NCBI GenBank assembly: GCA_000934665.2
Contig: KZ538334.1
Coordinates: forward strand, 1 to 64,000
Length of the DNA stretch: 64,000 nt
DNA from: Catajapyx aquilonaris
Lineage: Eukaryota
Reading direction: 5' to 3'
The notes below the pieces were generated by a model that was given only the letters and a program-made list of their open reading frames with translations, was not told the DNA's origin and searched no databases. This document shows, piece after piece, positions 50,420 through 64,000 of the stretch. Each line of letters starts with the position of its first letter. Positions within the stretch are counted from its first letter, which is position 1. Position numbers and translations under genes: made by a program.

Positions 50420-53027
50420 TAGTGCGCTGCACTTTATGTCGAGAATACAGCTTGCAGTCTATATGACAATAATTCAATTGCCTCACCAACAAATCTGGTC
50501 ATAAAGCGAGCTAGAAACATGAACCTGTAAGACCTATCGATAGGATGTGGTCAGGTTTAGTTTCCGTCACTTTCTCCTGACGTCATGCTCGATCAGTATA
50601 ACTAGTAGATAATTTACATAACACTGTGTTTACATTTGCAATTTTAATTATACGCAGGTAAATTGACCGTCCCTTTAAAATCATTCCTTTTTTTTTTAGC
50701 CAATATGAGAATGAATTACATGTTACTACACTGTATCGAACAATGTCGAAGATAACCCAGACACATTTACAGTGCAAATTATGTAATTTTTTTTAAAAAA
50801 AGTACGTAAGTTGTTAATGTGCAGTAAACAGCCTGACCAGCACCATTAAGCCTATCTGCCCGCTATTATTTAACTGCTAATTACTTGTTATCAGCAACAA
50901 TAATAGAGCAGCTTACGTGAGCAACACAACAGTATATCCTCAGCCTTCAACAAAGGAGCCTTACCTGGGCAAAAAAAAGGTGGTCTTGCTTGGCTTGTAC
51001 GCTGAGCTGTACCAAAGCGGATTCAGAAGCTTGGAGGGCTTTTTTTACTAATTATATTGTGCAGGTTTTGTCACGTGACCCCGTTGGTAAGCCCCTCCTC
51101 CTAAATTTTTTTTGCATTGTTTTTACTTGCACTCCATCATTGGCTTTGGCGAAATGAACGTGCCGGAAGGTGTGGCCATGGAAAGTTCACCGCCAAATAT
51201 GACGACATTGCCTGCGATTCTAGGAAGCCAATTTAGGGGGTATGCCCACCGGTCATATGCATATGATCAATGTGGCATATTATTATGCAGACTTGGAACA
51301 TTGTAAAAAAAAAGCAGTATGCTAGATTCATATATGAAAAAAAAATCAAGGCCAAGGTTGCTTATTATCACGACGGTCATCAATAAAAAGGCGCACATTT
51401 CCTTGAACAGACACCGACCGGTTGCTATTAATTTCCGATATTATGTAATGCCCATCAATTGCATATGATCGATGTACACTTGAGGAACCCGCGAGTCATA
51501 ATTGCAAACAATGACGTCACCTGGATTTTACCAGTTGTTCAGATACATTTTATACATATGAACCGTGACGTTGAGTCATTCCAAAAATTTCTGGCCCTTT
51601 GTATGACCCAACAGTGCATGCAGTTAGATGCATTAACCATAATAAGTACCGTGTACCGTACGGCAGAAAAGCCAATCTTCCGCAAAGTTATTTTGTTATT
51701 AAAAGACAACGCACTTATTCCTAGAAGTGACAAAAATACTGAGAATATGTACTTTCACTAACATGCAAAAATGTCTATGAAAAAAAATAGACATCATCAG
51801 GGAAATCCCTGCGTCGCTACTACTTGATAAAAATAATGTTGCCTCCAAGGCATTTACCTTGACAATGGTTACAGAACCTGTTTGTTGCCCAAAATCAGAG
51901 TCATGACTTAGTCTCAATTCCGCGTAATCATTATGCCAATGATCTTGGAGCACAGCCCACAGCATAATTTGCATGTAATAAGAGGGCAACGAATCCCTTT
52001 CACTCTATATTTTGGCTCAACTAGTTTCAATAGACTGGACTATGAAGCTCACTTTCGCCAGTCACTGCGTCATACGCTTGTTTGTTTTCGGACAACAATG
52101 CAACGAAAATCACCCTTTTTTCCACATACAAAAAAAACCGCAATTTGTAAGCATGAAGGACAAGCTTATTAGTACAAAAAAAATACACTTAGGGTGTGGT
52201 CCTATTCTGCTGGATATTTTTCCTCCTGATTTTTATGACTCCCCCGGTAGCTATAAATATTGTAGCATATGGGCAGTCCAAAAAAATAAATAAATTGTAA
52301 CTGCCCTCCGTTTGGTTGAAACATAGTGGGCTCCTTGTGAAGTCGACCCTCGAACTTGGCTTGGGGTAAAAATATGTGGGCCACATGTGTTCCCATATCT
52401 TCCAGATGTTGCCATGTGAAGAAAAATCTCTAGCTGCCATGAGGAAAACTGTATGGTATGTTCAAAGTAATTAAAAACCTCCAGATTATGACCGGATGTA
52501 CCCAGCACAAATTCGCTTATCAATCAAGCCACCAAAGTCCACTGTCCTTGAAATTAATGTCTTTTTGTATGTGCCATCATTGCAAATATTTCTAGGGGGA
52601 ATCCCACCGTACACACTAATTAGCTCCTGATTGGCTCCAGCTACAATATGAACACTTCTATAGTATCAAGAGCTCTTGATAGTATGAATGAGCCCAATGA
52701 GGACCTTGGACTGTCCTACTAGAGGAAGTGTTGCATTCAAGCAGAAACATGACGTCATGGTTATGAATATACAGAGCAACAACCCTAAGATTTACACATA
52801 TGGCCTATTAAAAATTTGGGCCATATTTTTTCAGAGGGGATCCTTCTAGGGTGTATAGAGTGTTGCACTGACATCACTCAGATCACGTGACTGGGAGGCT
52901 GGTTGGTGTGGCCGGGGTGGGCCACAGGCTTCTTCTCTCTTTGGTATAGTTTGAGTGTTGGTAGTAGACCCTCCAGAGACGACCATTCTTCACGTGGAGG
53001 GGGTCTGCCCCTCATTTGACTGCCCAA

Positions 53028-56000
53028 ATGATGGCCAGTGCTTTCATTCTTCTTGTGGCCATCATCTTTGGATGTGCAGGTGAGCGTGTCTTCATTTTTT
53101 TTTTTTTTGGGAAGTGGTTGGGGGTGTTTCTTCTTCTTTTGCTTTTCTTCCCATGCCTGCGGGTTTGGTGGGAATGGGGGACCTTCAACCTTGCGAAGTT
53201 GCCAAGTTGTGACCTGGATTCTGGGGTTTGTAGGGGGAATCACATGTGGACAGTTTGGGGGCAGATTTTGTTTAATTTATGTGTGGTACAGGGTAATTAG
53301 ATGTGTGCAGTCCAAACATGGGTACGTCAATTACGTGCGAGTGCGTACGTCACACTAATAAACATTGTACGGCGAGACCTGTCATTAGCCCGGATAATCG
53401 GGAGTACATTGTACTTATTAAATTAATAGTGATTACCCAGGGCTTATGACAGGATATTAAAATCAGGAAATGGTTACAGATAAAAATGAGCTATTTACAG
53501 GTTATGCTGCTTTAACAAAAAGCTTAATAATTAAATAAGAAAAAATAATAAAACAACCATGGATTTTTTAAATAGTTTGTTTGCGAGACAATTAGAATTT
53601 TTTCGGACTTTTTAATCTCATTTTTTTGGCGATCCACGGATAATCCGCAACGAATAATCGGAAGTGCAGTGTATAAATAACAAGTACGATAATAAAAAGT
53701 AAATACAGTAGGCTACACACAAAATTCTTGTACGATCACAGTTTTTTTTCTCCTGAAAACTTTGAAGCACATCATGATGAATAATTATTGTACTGCAAAA
53801 TCAGTTTGTAATTTTTAAAATTAAAAATCTTATACGGTGACGTGACGTTCCCGTGACGTGACGTGAATTCAATCTGAGAAATGGTACACAACCGTCGAAA
53901 TTTTCATGCCCAATTTTCTCCATGCATCACGAACCTGTAATCACCTACCCATGAAACTTTACAAAAAATAGCTTTCAAAAGATTTAATTAGAGGCCAGAT
54001 AATTAAGAGGTCCTTTGAAGCACGACCCAAAAGAGCTGTGTGGTGTAAAAAAAGTATATAATGAGAGGTTCACACCCTCTAAAGTGTGTGTGCAGCCACA
54101 TTCATGCATGCACAGTTTTTAACGAAGCAATTGGGAGCAGGCAACTGCTGTGTGCCCTTTTTGGTGGCTTCATAAAGTGGGAAAGGTCGCAAGGTCATAT
54201 GAGAGCCAGGACATCAAACTTTGAGAAAATTCTGAAGCGCTAAGATAAGGATTAGACTAGAGAGAGGTGACTTTGACAAGAGGATATGTCTTACCAGTTA
54301 TCAAAACAGGAAGCCCATTAGGACTTCCTTGATGCTTGACAACTTTTTATATATATGTAATGAGGCCTGTTTTTGCAGCACCGGGAGCGTCTGAGGCACC
54401 TCCAGCATCCGATGTCACCGGAGGGGTTAGACGAGGGGACGGAAGGCATGGAGCGGCATATAGAGGTTCATGTCGCTACGATGATGATGATGTTATGTAA
54501 TTAGCATATAAGGATGAGACAACGATGTATGTTTTCAGGTTATGTGGCGCAGAGGTTACATCCTTGCGACCAGAGCTCGTGTTATCCTGCGACGGGTAAC
54601 TTGTTGATTGGTCGAGAGGACCGATTAAGTGCAACATCTACATGCGGACTGCGAGGACAGGTGACTTGTTAATACTAGCCGTTTCATGAGACAATTCAAT
54701 TAGACACTTGTTTATTCGCTGTAAATGATCACATGCAAATAGTACTTGTAATAATTCGGTACTCGACTATTCCAGGAGCGTTATTGCATAGTGTCACATT
54801 TGGAGGACCGTAAAAAGTGTTTCTGGTGCGATTCAAGGCCGGAGATGGCAGACAGGCCAACTTACAGTCACAGAGTGGAAAACATTATATACAGATCCGC
54901 ACCGAGGTAGGTTTTATTTGCTAATTTTGTGTCTGAATCTCATTGGGTTTTATGCAGGACACGTCAACGCTCTTGGTGGCAGTCTGAAAATGGAGTGGAG
55001 AATGTTGTCATCCAGTTGGACTTGGAAGCCGAATTCCACTTCACTCATCTTGTCATCACTTTCAAGACCTTCCGGCCTGCTGCGATGCTTATTGAGCGTT
55101 CGTATGACTTTGGACGATCATGGCATGTGAGTATGACTGTTTGGATAAATCTGTGACCATATTGTAACCCTGCACTTTCAGGTGTACCGCTACTTTGCGG
55201 ATGACTGCGCTTCATCATTCCCTGGTATCCCGCATGCACCACCGTCCCACATGGCGGATGTGGTGTGTGAGCGCCGCTATTCGGACGTAGCCCCGTCCAC
55301 GGAAGGAGAGATCATCTTCCGTGTTCTCTCTCCCAACATCCGCATAGAGGACCCCTACTCCCCTGAGGTGCAAAACCTCCTGAAGATGACCAATCTGCGA
55401 GTGAACCTAACCAGGCTGCACACTCTGGGCGATGATCTTCTGGACAAGCGTCTGGACATACAGGAGAAGTATTATTATTCCATATATGAGATGGTGGTGC
55501 GGGGCTCCTGCTCCTGCTACGGCCATGCTTCTCGCTGTCTGCCGCTCCCTGGAGTGGATCCAAGGCCGGACATGGTGCATGGAAGGTGTGAGTGTACACA
55601 TAACACAAAGGGACTCAACTGCGAGGAGTGCGAAGATTTCTATAATGATCTGCCATGGAGGCCTGCGCTTGGGAGGCAGACTAATGCATGCAAAAGTATG
55701 TTGCTGGTATTACAGCCATGTGCAAGTTATGATGGTATGTCTACTTACAGGATGCAATTGTAATGGACATGCAACAAGCTGCCACTTTGATCATGCTGTG
55801 TACGAGGCAACAGGAAGAATCGGTGGCGGCGTGTGTGACTCATGCCAGCACAACACCATCGGAATAAACTGCGAGTCATGTTCGCCCTACTTTTACCACA
55901 ACCCAGCTTTGCCCATTTCTGATCCCGAGGCCTGTCAGCGTGAGTTGAAAATAAATTTATTCTTGTCCCTACTGAGTGTGCGTATATTAAACGTGTCTTC

Positions 56001-59000
56001 TTAGCATGTGACTGCGATCCACGTGGGTCGCTGGAGGATGGAATATGCGACTCGCGAACGGATGAAGAGAATGATCTGCTTGCTGGACGCTGCTACTGCA
56101 AACCTAATGTGGATGGCCTCCGATGCGATCGTTGCAAAGCTGGTTTCTGGCAGCTAGACAAGGACGACCCTGATGGATGCCGCACCTGTTCCTGCAATAC
56201 CCTTGGCACCGTCGGCAACCGCGGGTGTGACGTCTACAGTGGAGAGTGTACCTGCAAGCGATACGTCACAGGAAGGGATTGCAACCAGTGTCTTCCGGAA
56301 TACTGGGGACTTGCACAGGAATGGGAGAATGGATGCCAGCCATGCGCTTGTGATCCAGGTGGTGCCTACGACAACAAATGTGATGTAATCACCGGACAGT
56401 GCAGGTAATCTTGCCAATAATGGTTTGCTACTTTGCTGGTTGGTGATATTAATGGTTTCTTATATGGTCAGGTGTCGTCCGCATGTGACTGGGAGGACTT
56501 GCGACCAGGCCGAGCAGCGATATTTCGCAGGGTACATGGATCATTTTGTGTACGAAGCTGAAATTGCTAGGGGCACACAGGTACTTAATTACTATGGACA
56601 TATTTGTACGATGTTGTATATAAAAGTGCCATGTATAATGCTTCAAAATGTTAACAGAAGGCCACTAAAATTGAATTTTTAACAATGTGCTTTGTAAAGC
56701 TTGATATAGTTTTTTTCTGCATGTCATTTTGGCTGTAACGTGCTTTAAAAAGAAGTTGGGCCCGTCTTGTACAGTAATAGGCCCTAACGTGATGTCGTGC
56801 TTATTTACGGCAGAAAAATTGATGGTTGTATGAAGTACTAACATGTATGCTACCACTAATCAATGTGATTTCAGGATTGCGTCCAGGCGAGCAGTGAATA
56901 TGAATCGCGGCAGAGTGTAAGCAATGAGTTGGTTCTATTGTTGGGGAGCGTGTTCTCTTTGCATGAGTTTTCTTTCAGACGTGCACCTTCTTTCACTATG
57001 TAGCTTGGTCCAACAAATTGGGTGAAATGGAAAGCACGATGGAAAGAACCAGCCTCTTTGAAAAATGTCGAAATGTGTTACAGAACTGCCAGGTGGTGCT
57101 GCGGGAACCATACCGCGACGGACAGGCAAGTTCCTGGACTGGGACTGGCTTCATGCGAGTGTTTGAAGATTCCCATGTCGAGTTTGTGATCCAGAACATT
57201 GCGACAAGTCTCGAGTATGATTTGGTCATCAGATACGAGCCTCAACATTCAGGCACCTGGCATGACGTACGCATCACTGTTGAGCGAGATGGTCCTACAG
57301 ACCTTGATGGACCATGTGCTAACCTTCGACCTGGAGACGACCAACTTCGAGCCTCATTGCCAACAGGTAAGCCATCTTCATTTTGCTGGATGCAATCGCT
57401 GAAATGCTATTTTTGTTGCAGATTTCCGCTATGTTGTGGTGCATCCACCTATTTGCCTGGAATCTGGAAAGACGTACAAGCTTAGAATTGACTTTAAGCG
57501 TTTTGACCCCACTAGCGACACACCTACTGCATCGACACTCATCGACTCTGTAAGTTGATCTGGCAATTCACAATCGCAAGTTCTGACTTGTATAAAATAT
57601 TTGCAGATTTCGCTGGTTCCTCGGGTGCGAGACATTCCATTCTTCTCTGGCAGTCCTGAAAACGACCGTCGCAGGACTGAGTTTGAGCATTACCGTTGCG
57701 GTAATGCATTCCTTGGTGCTACAAAGCCTCAGCTACCTGAAATTTGTAAGAAGCACTTGGGAAGTATTGGATTTTACGTCTTCGATGGTGCATTTGGTGA
57801 GTGCTTACGTGTAAACATGTAGCAGGCAGTTACTGACCTGGCAGTTTTTTCACAGAGTGTGGATGCGATCCGACTGGTTCACACAGCGGAATTTGTGACC
57901 AACTTGGAGGCCAGTGCAACTGCAAGCCTAATGTTGTCGGCCAGAGATGTGACCGATGTGCACCTGGAACTTACGGGTTTGGACCTCAAGGCTGCAGGCG
58001 TAAGTATCTCATTTACTGGACTGTTAATAGTACAGTACAAACATTTTCTATTTACAGCATGCGAGTGCCACTCGGTGGGTTCGCTTGACAACTTTTGCGA
58101 GGGTCAGCTGGGACAGTGTCGCTGCCGGCCGGACACATATGGACGGCGATGCAACGAGTGTGGGTCTGGCTGGTGGGGCTTCCCCTCCTGCCGACGCTGC
58201 GAGTGCCATGGCCATGCGGAGGAATGCGATCCGACAACAGGGGAATGCATTGACTGTCAGCAGAACACTGCTGGCCGACATTGCGATCGGTGTGAGGAAG
58301 GCTATTATGGCGACCCCCGACCTGGAGTTGACATACCATGCCGACAGTGTCCGTGCCCTGGGACTGAAGACTCTGGCCGTTCCCATGCTAGCCGATGTGC
58401 ACTGGATCCAATCACACGTGATGTCATATGCGAGTGCAAGGAGGGCCATGCTGCTCCTCGCTGTGACGTATGTTCCGACAATTATTTTGGAAACCCTGAT
58501 GAGGTTGGAGGGAATTGCCTTCCATGCGATTGTAGCGATAATGTGGACCTGTCACGACCTGGGAACTGCGAGCCCAACACTGGAGAATGCCTCAAGTGCC
58601 TCTTTGATACTGAAGGATTCCGATGTGAACATTGCAAGCTTGGATTTTACGGAGATGCTTTGCAGAGGCAATGTGCACGTCAGTATAATGCTCAAGTTCT
58701 TCAGTTGTGCAAATGAGTAATTTGCCTTCCGTTTTCTATAGAATGTGTGTGCAACATCCTCGGTACCGATGCGTCTCAGCCTGGTGGAGGTGCCTGCAAC
58801 CGCCAGACAGGCCAGTGCCCTTGCCTGCCTAATGTGGAAGGGATCTCGTGCGATCGTTGTGCTGCCGAGCACTGGAAGATAGCCAGCGGGGAAGGATGTG
58901 AGGCATGCAACTGCGATCCTCTCGGGTCGTACTCAAACGACTGTAATGAGTACGACGGTCAGTGTACCTGCAAGGAAGGATTTGGAGGCAGGCAGTGCGA

Positions 59001-61450
59001 CCAGTGTGAGACCAACCACTGGGGGAATCCTAAGGCTGCTCAGTGTTTCGGTGAGTATTCTGCCATTGCCGAAAGTGTCTCTCTCCAGAAAAAGAACAAG
59101 AAAAATGCTAAATCTTCCTTTCAGCGTGTGACTGCGACATCTACGGTTCGGCTACAATGCAGTGTGACCGTACGTCAGGAGTGTGCGTATGTGTTGAGGG
59201 CATAGGTGGTGACCGCTGTGATCGCTGTGCCCGAGGTTACCTGGGCTCAGCCCCGTACTGTCAGCCTTGCGGCGAATGCTTCGACAACTGGGACCGAATC
59301 ATGTCCGAACTCAACAACGAGACTAACACAGTAGTGGATGCCGCATCGAAGATCCGGGAAACCGGAGTAAGCGGAGCATATGCCAAGCAGTTTGAGGGCA
59401 TGGAGGAAAAGCTGGAGAAAGTGAGGGGCATCCTGGCTAACACCAGCGTACCAACGGAGCAAGTTGAGTGGGTCGAGAGAGATCTGGACAGACTGAGAGC
59501 AGAGCTTACAGCTGCGGGAGAAAGGCTGGATAGCATCGATGAGTCACTGGCCAACACCACGCAGAGAATCTACCCAGCCAACATCGCCCTTGAAGCCCTC
59601 AAAAACAGGGTGCAAGATCTCACAAATCAAGCGAATGCTCTTAAAGATAACGCCACACGCCTGCAGGTATGTCCGTATGCTTTGCAAAAATTATGGAATG
59701 TTCACTGTATGCAATTTACAAACCAAGATGGATCTGCCTGACCATTATTGCTACCATTGTTAATGTGAGTGATTCTTTATATTTCAACAGGAAGCAAATG
59801 TCGAAGGTGCGTTGAACTTGACTCGTGAAGCATGGCAACGAGGTCAGAGGGCACAGCAGCGATGGGATGGTGCTGGACACATAGTGGCTGACTCGGAACG
59901 GCAGCGCAGGGGAACCGAGATCCTTCTCGGAAGAGCCAGCGAGCAGTTCAATCGCACGCTGGAGGAACAGAAGCTGAATTTGGACGACTTGCAACAACGC
60001 CTGGACAGTCTGGATGGAAAATTCCCAGAGGCTAACCAATTAGTGTGTGACGGAATGGGAGACCCCTGCAATCCACTGTGCGGAGGGGCTGGATGTAGAG
60101 GAAAGTGTGGCGGTGCTGCTTGCGAGGAAGGGGCTGTCAACAAGGCGGAAAAGGCCTTACAGATTGCCACTGACACGCAGGAGCAGCTGAAGGAGAAAGG
60201 CTCTGAAGCAGATGAGCTTCTCCGAGGGGTACGTGTCTCATAATGCGCTTGTGCCAAGTTGATTAACCGCTGATTGTTGCAGTTAAGTCAAGCTCAGCAT
60301 GAGGCTGAGAAGGCAAAGGATGCAGCCCAGCAGGCTTTGGACATCGCTGAAACCGCTCAGAACAGATCAGGAAATGCCAGAGCCGACATTGAGCAGTTGT
60401 TGAACAAGATAGAAGACTTCCTGGACGTCCCTGGTGCCAAGCCTGCTGAGATCAGAACTCTGGCCAATGAAGTAAGTTCTGATGCATTTGAACTGCAATG
60501 CTGAGTTCTAATCATTTTAACATTTCTAAAGGTTTTGGCAAGCGACATTTCCCTACAACCAGAGCAGATTCAGGAACTAGCCACGAGCATCGGCGACACT
60601 ATCGCTTCTCTCACGGACATTGATGAGATTTTACGTGAAACAGCTGGAGACGTGGAGCTGGCTAATCATCTGAAGAGACGTGCCGATGCAGCCAAGTTAG
60701 TTGAAATTTGCTGTACATACGGTTTGAGACTGTTCTGACATAATCTTCCTACGCAGGGAGCAGGCAGAAAACCTGCTGAAGACGGCTCAAAAAGTACCAG
60801 AGATCCTGGATGAAGCGTCCCAAGCACAAGAACGTGCCAAAGAAGAGATACGGCGCTCAGAAGAAGATGTGTCAGAGGCCGAGCGAGACTTGGTTCAGGC
60901 TCAGAGCGAGCGGGAAGCGGCAGCGACATTGACAAGCGAGGGACTGGAAGACGCTGAGAACCTGGAGAGCCGTCTTCAAGGGCTGCAAGGTCGCATCCTC
61001 CGAACCCAGCTGGCCCTGAAGGATGCCGGAAGGGAGGCCGAATCAGCCGGAGCACTTGTGGATGAAGCGCAGACTGGACTTACCCAGCTGGAGTTGTTAA
61101 ATGCGGCCGCAACGGGAGTGTTGGCCAACAAGGAAGAGTCGTCCGCAGGCGTAAAGGACAGAGCTCTTGAACTGCAGGAGCGGGCAGGAAGGCTTGCGGC
61201 CAATGCATCTGGACAACTGGAGGAACTTCAAGGTGAGTTATTTCGGCAGCGATTAATATTGTAATTATTATTACCGGTACTGGCGGTGCACATAATAATT
61301 TTGCCGACAGCCATGGAGAAGGACTACCAAGATGCTGAAGTGCGGATGAGGGACCTCTCGGCAGAAATTGAGGAACTGACCCACAGGATGAGCATATACA
61401 TAGAGGACATTGACGGGAAGGCAAAATACTACAGGGAATGCTTATCGTAA
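53028..61450 (+). CDS. LanB1: Laminin subunit beta, about 21 coding exons
   Basis: Signal-peptide exon 53028-53079; LN domain [20 protein letters not shown]...[28 protein letters not shown] repeats; L4/LF domain; [10 protein letters not shown], coiled coil with Cys-rich beta knob; stop at 61448-61450. The first two exons are less certain. Confidence 0.96.
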
Positions 61451-62651
61451 GGGGGGGGGGGGGNAAAAAAAGCCAAGTGCCACATTTCTCACTGCCACTG
61501 TAATTAGAGTACCTATAGGTGACCTGTGCCAGACCAAATGACAGCATAATATTCAGACTACAGTGCCATATGTTTTTTAGCATTTAAAAAAATATATATT
61601 GTTTTGGTCACTGTATGTAAAAAAAAATGACCAAAGACCGCACTATGGCTGTGTGCATTTTTTTCCTACCTCTGAGGTCACAGAGTAATGGTGGTTAATG
61701 AATGCGGGAGTCCTTTTTTTTGGGTTATGAACAAGTGTCATTACCACAAAACCCGCAGTATAAATTGCACATTTTTTGACAGTCTGAAAGTGTAGTTTTC
61801 TAGTGGAATATTTGCTACCAAAGTTGTTGTTTTTTTTTTCTTGCGGGACTTTGTACATGGATTCTACTCAGTATTACAGGTCATGTCCGCCACTGTACTG
61901 AGCTACCGTTAGCAAAATATATAAGCAGTCATCTGCATTAAAAATGACTTTACTTTTTATTGTAATTTTACGTAACATGTGGGATTTTATATTACAGTGT
62001 TGCGATCAAGTACGAACAAGTACTGTACTCATTACGAGCATGACCAAAGCCGTTAATTAGTCATACTGCAACTCGAGCATCGAACTCGAGACTTTCTCCA
62101 ACTACTCCAAGGCGACAGGCCGCCAAAGAGTCTAGACAAGAGATGGCGCCATGCTCGCCACTCCTGGAAATACCTGCTGTAATCCGGCATTAAATACGTT
62201 CTTATATTTTTTGTGCAAGATTACCACATTAATAATAATTAAATCAATATGTTATGTTGTTAAAAATTATGGATTACCTGTTGAATCCCGGTTTACACAT
62301 GCAACGCGGTGTCCAATCATGTGGCGAGGTTGTGCTTGACGCATGCGCACTCCAAGTTCCGTTTCGCTCCCCCCCTTTATTTCCAACCCTGCACAGCCAT
62401 GCAAGCTGTCATCACGAGGGGACCACCAGACGTGTTGAGCTGAAGGCGCGTGGAATTCGACCTCTTCTAAAGCTGAAATTGGACGCCGGGTAAGCTTCCA
62501 CTCAGGGTAACTATAACTGCGGCGGAGGATGGGGGGAAAAACCTTGAGAATGCACTACTTGTACAACTATATGGTGTGTAGCTAAAAAAAAGAGGGGGCA
62601 TGTTTGTAACAAGAACAAAAAGGGACGCAGCAGGGGCACATTCTTTGGCAG

Positions 62652-62848
62652 GAAGAAGAAGGAATGCGACAAGGCGGATGGAAGGAGACGGGAAGAAGAC
62701 TGTGGCGGCGGGCAGCGGAGGAGGAGGGAGGAGGACGGCTGATGCTGGAGGAAGGGAGAAGGTTCAGATGCACTGGACGAGGACTCTGAAGAAGCCCTCC
62801 AGAGACATCAGTAAAAGTGCGCTGCTTTCATATCCATTCGGGAGGGGG
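62652..62848 (+). other. Possible early exon of a gene continuing past the window
   Basis: Purine-rich segment between TTCTTTGGCAG and GG|GTACGC, an upstream donor GTAAGC near 62490 and a YY1-like AGATGGCGCC at 62141. Product not recognised. Confidence 0.3.
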
Positions 62849-63069
62849 TACGCACACCTGCATTGCACGTAACGGACCACTTAATGCCTGCGAAAGAACG
62901 TTCTTTTTGCTTCTTGCTCGGGATTCAAAGCCGAGTTTACATGTGAGCCGGTAAAGTAACGATATATCCCTAAACAATCGCTCGCATGTAAACGCCGGGG
63001 TAATTCTTACATGCTTGGGAACACACGGCAACATTCACATATGGTCAGCCCAGCCACTCCCATTGACAG

Positions 63070-63440
63070 TTTTGTTTACCAACTCCCGAGTCAGCAGAAA
63101 TCTGCCGAATTCCATGGAGATGTCCTCACGCAACAGTGGGAGTGAACAGCTGCTGTTTGCTCCCATTGTTGCATTAAGGCCGGTATCCACGTACAAGAAT
63201 CTCGCATACGAGGAGCCGCGAGGAGCCAACTGCGCATGCCCAGGTACGAGAAAATTGGAAAAAGTAGAACATTTTCTACTTTTTCCCATTTTCTCGTATC
63301 TGGGCTGCGCAGTTGGCTCCTCGCGGCTCCTTGTATGCGAGATTCTTGTACGTGGATACCGGCCTTTAGGAACTCTCCGTGGAAACAGGAAACGGTGCGT
63401 TCGGCAGATTTCAGTTGACTCGGAGTTGGTAAAAACAAAA
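63070..63440. mobile_element. Harbinger MITE (63177-63365) nested in an older inverted-repeat element
   Basis: TTA|AGGCCGGTATCCACGTAC...GTACGTGGATACCGGCCT|TTA near-perfect palindrome; outer arms TTTACCAACTCCCGAGTCA...CTGCCGAA and TTCGGCAG...TGACTCGGAGTTGGTAAA. Confidence 0.85.
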
Positions 63441-64000
63441 GGAGATTTTGGGTGGAATTTAATTTTTGTTAACTGCATCAATTTTTTTTATTTTAAAAAT
63501 AGTGGGCAGCAATTCGCAGGCTAATACAGGTGTGTGTACGTTCTGCTTTTTTTTTCCAGGGCATTTTCTTTATTGAGATGGTCGAGGTGAGCATTGTACC
63601 GTTTTTTAAAAAAACCACATGTTAGGGAAATCTTTGGGGCTTCAATGATTCTGATGCAAAGGAGTTTGAGAAATGGCAGTCCAATTTTTTGGGAACTTTG
63701 TAAGAGACAATGCTTACCTTTTTTGGGGGGTGGAAATTGAAGCGATGGTGAGTTTTAAAATTTCATTTTCCATGTCATTTGAACATGTGGCTTCATTAAT
63801 ATCATGTCTATTTAAAGGAAGATTTTTGAGTTGAGACTGAAAGCGGGGGGAAATTAAGCGGCACTTTTCTAATATTCGTGTTAGCCTGGCAAAAAACCCT
63901 TTGCCAAATGCTGGTATCTAAGTGACTGAAGCATGGGATTGAAACAGAAATTTATTAATGTTTCATTAATTTCATTAACCTGTGATGTGTCAAATGGCAT

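Noticed and set aside
52251..52560. Possible Ulp1-like protease relic (GQWTLV...GNTCGP)
   Set aside because: The catalytic His is absent and stops intervene; too weak without a search.

Overview
Gene-dense eukaryotic (probably arthropod) genomic DNA with short spliceosomal introns; the species cannot be determined from the sequence. Genes, left to right: SLC35D/frc nucleotide-sugar transporter (-); GT31 beta-1,3-galactosyltransferase (+); a pseudogenised copy of the DEPDC1 3' end (-); an inverted, still-open second GT31 copy among transposon fragments (-); DEPDC1 (-) head-to-head with HUS1 (+); two paralogous small secreted helical proteins (+); a DUF229-type protein (-); VBP1/prefoldin-3 (-) head-to-head with RINT1 (+, one U12-type intron); BCAP31/29 (-); a secreted proline-rich protein (-); laminin beta (+). 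Non-coding DNA holds MITEs (Harbinger, Tc1/mariner, CACTA-like), tRNA-derived SINEs, Helitron remnants and minisatellites. The most unusual structure is a duplication/inversion at about 19.3-27.5 kb that created a promoterless GT31 paralog with an intact ORF, a shortened stem and patchy divergence, lying downstream of and co-oriented with DEPDC1. All calls are by eye from recalled family motifs; no searches were run, and exon boundaries may be off by a few bases.
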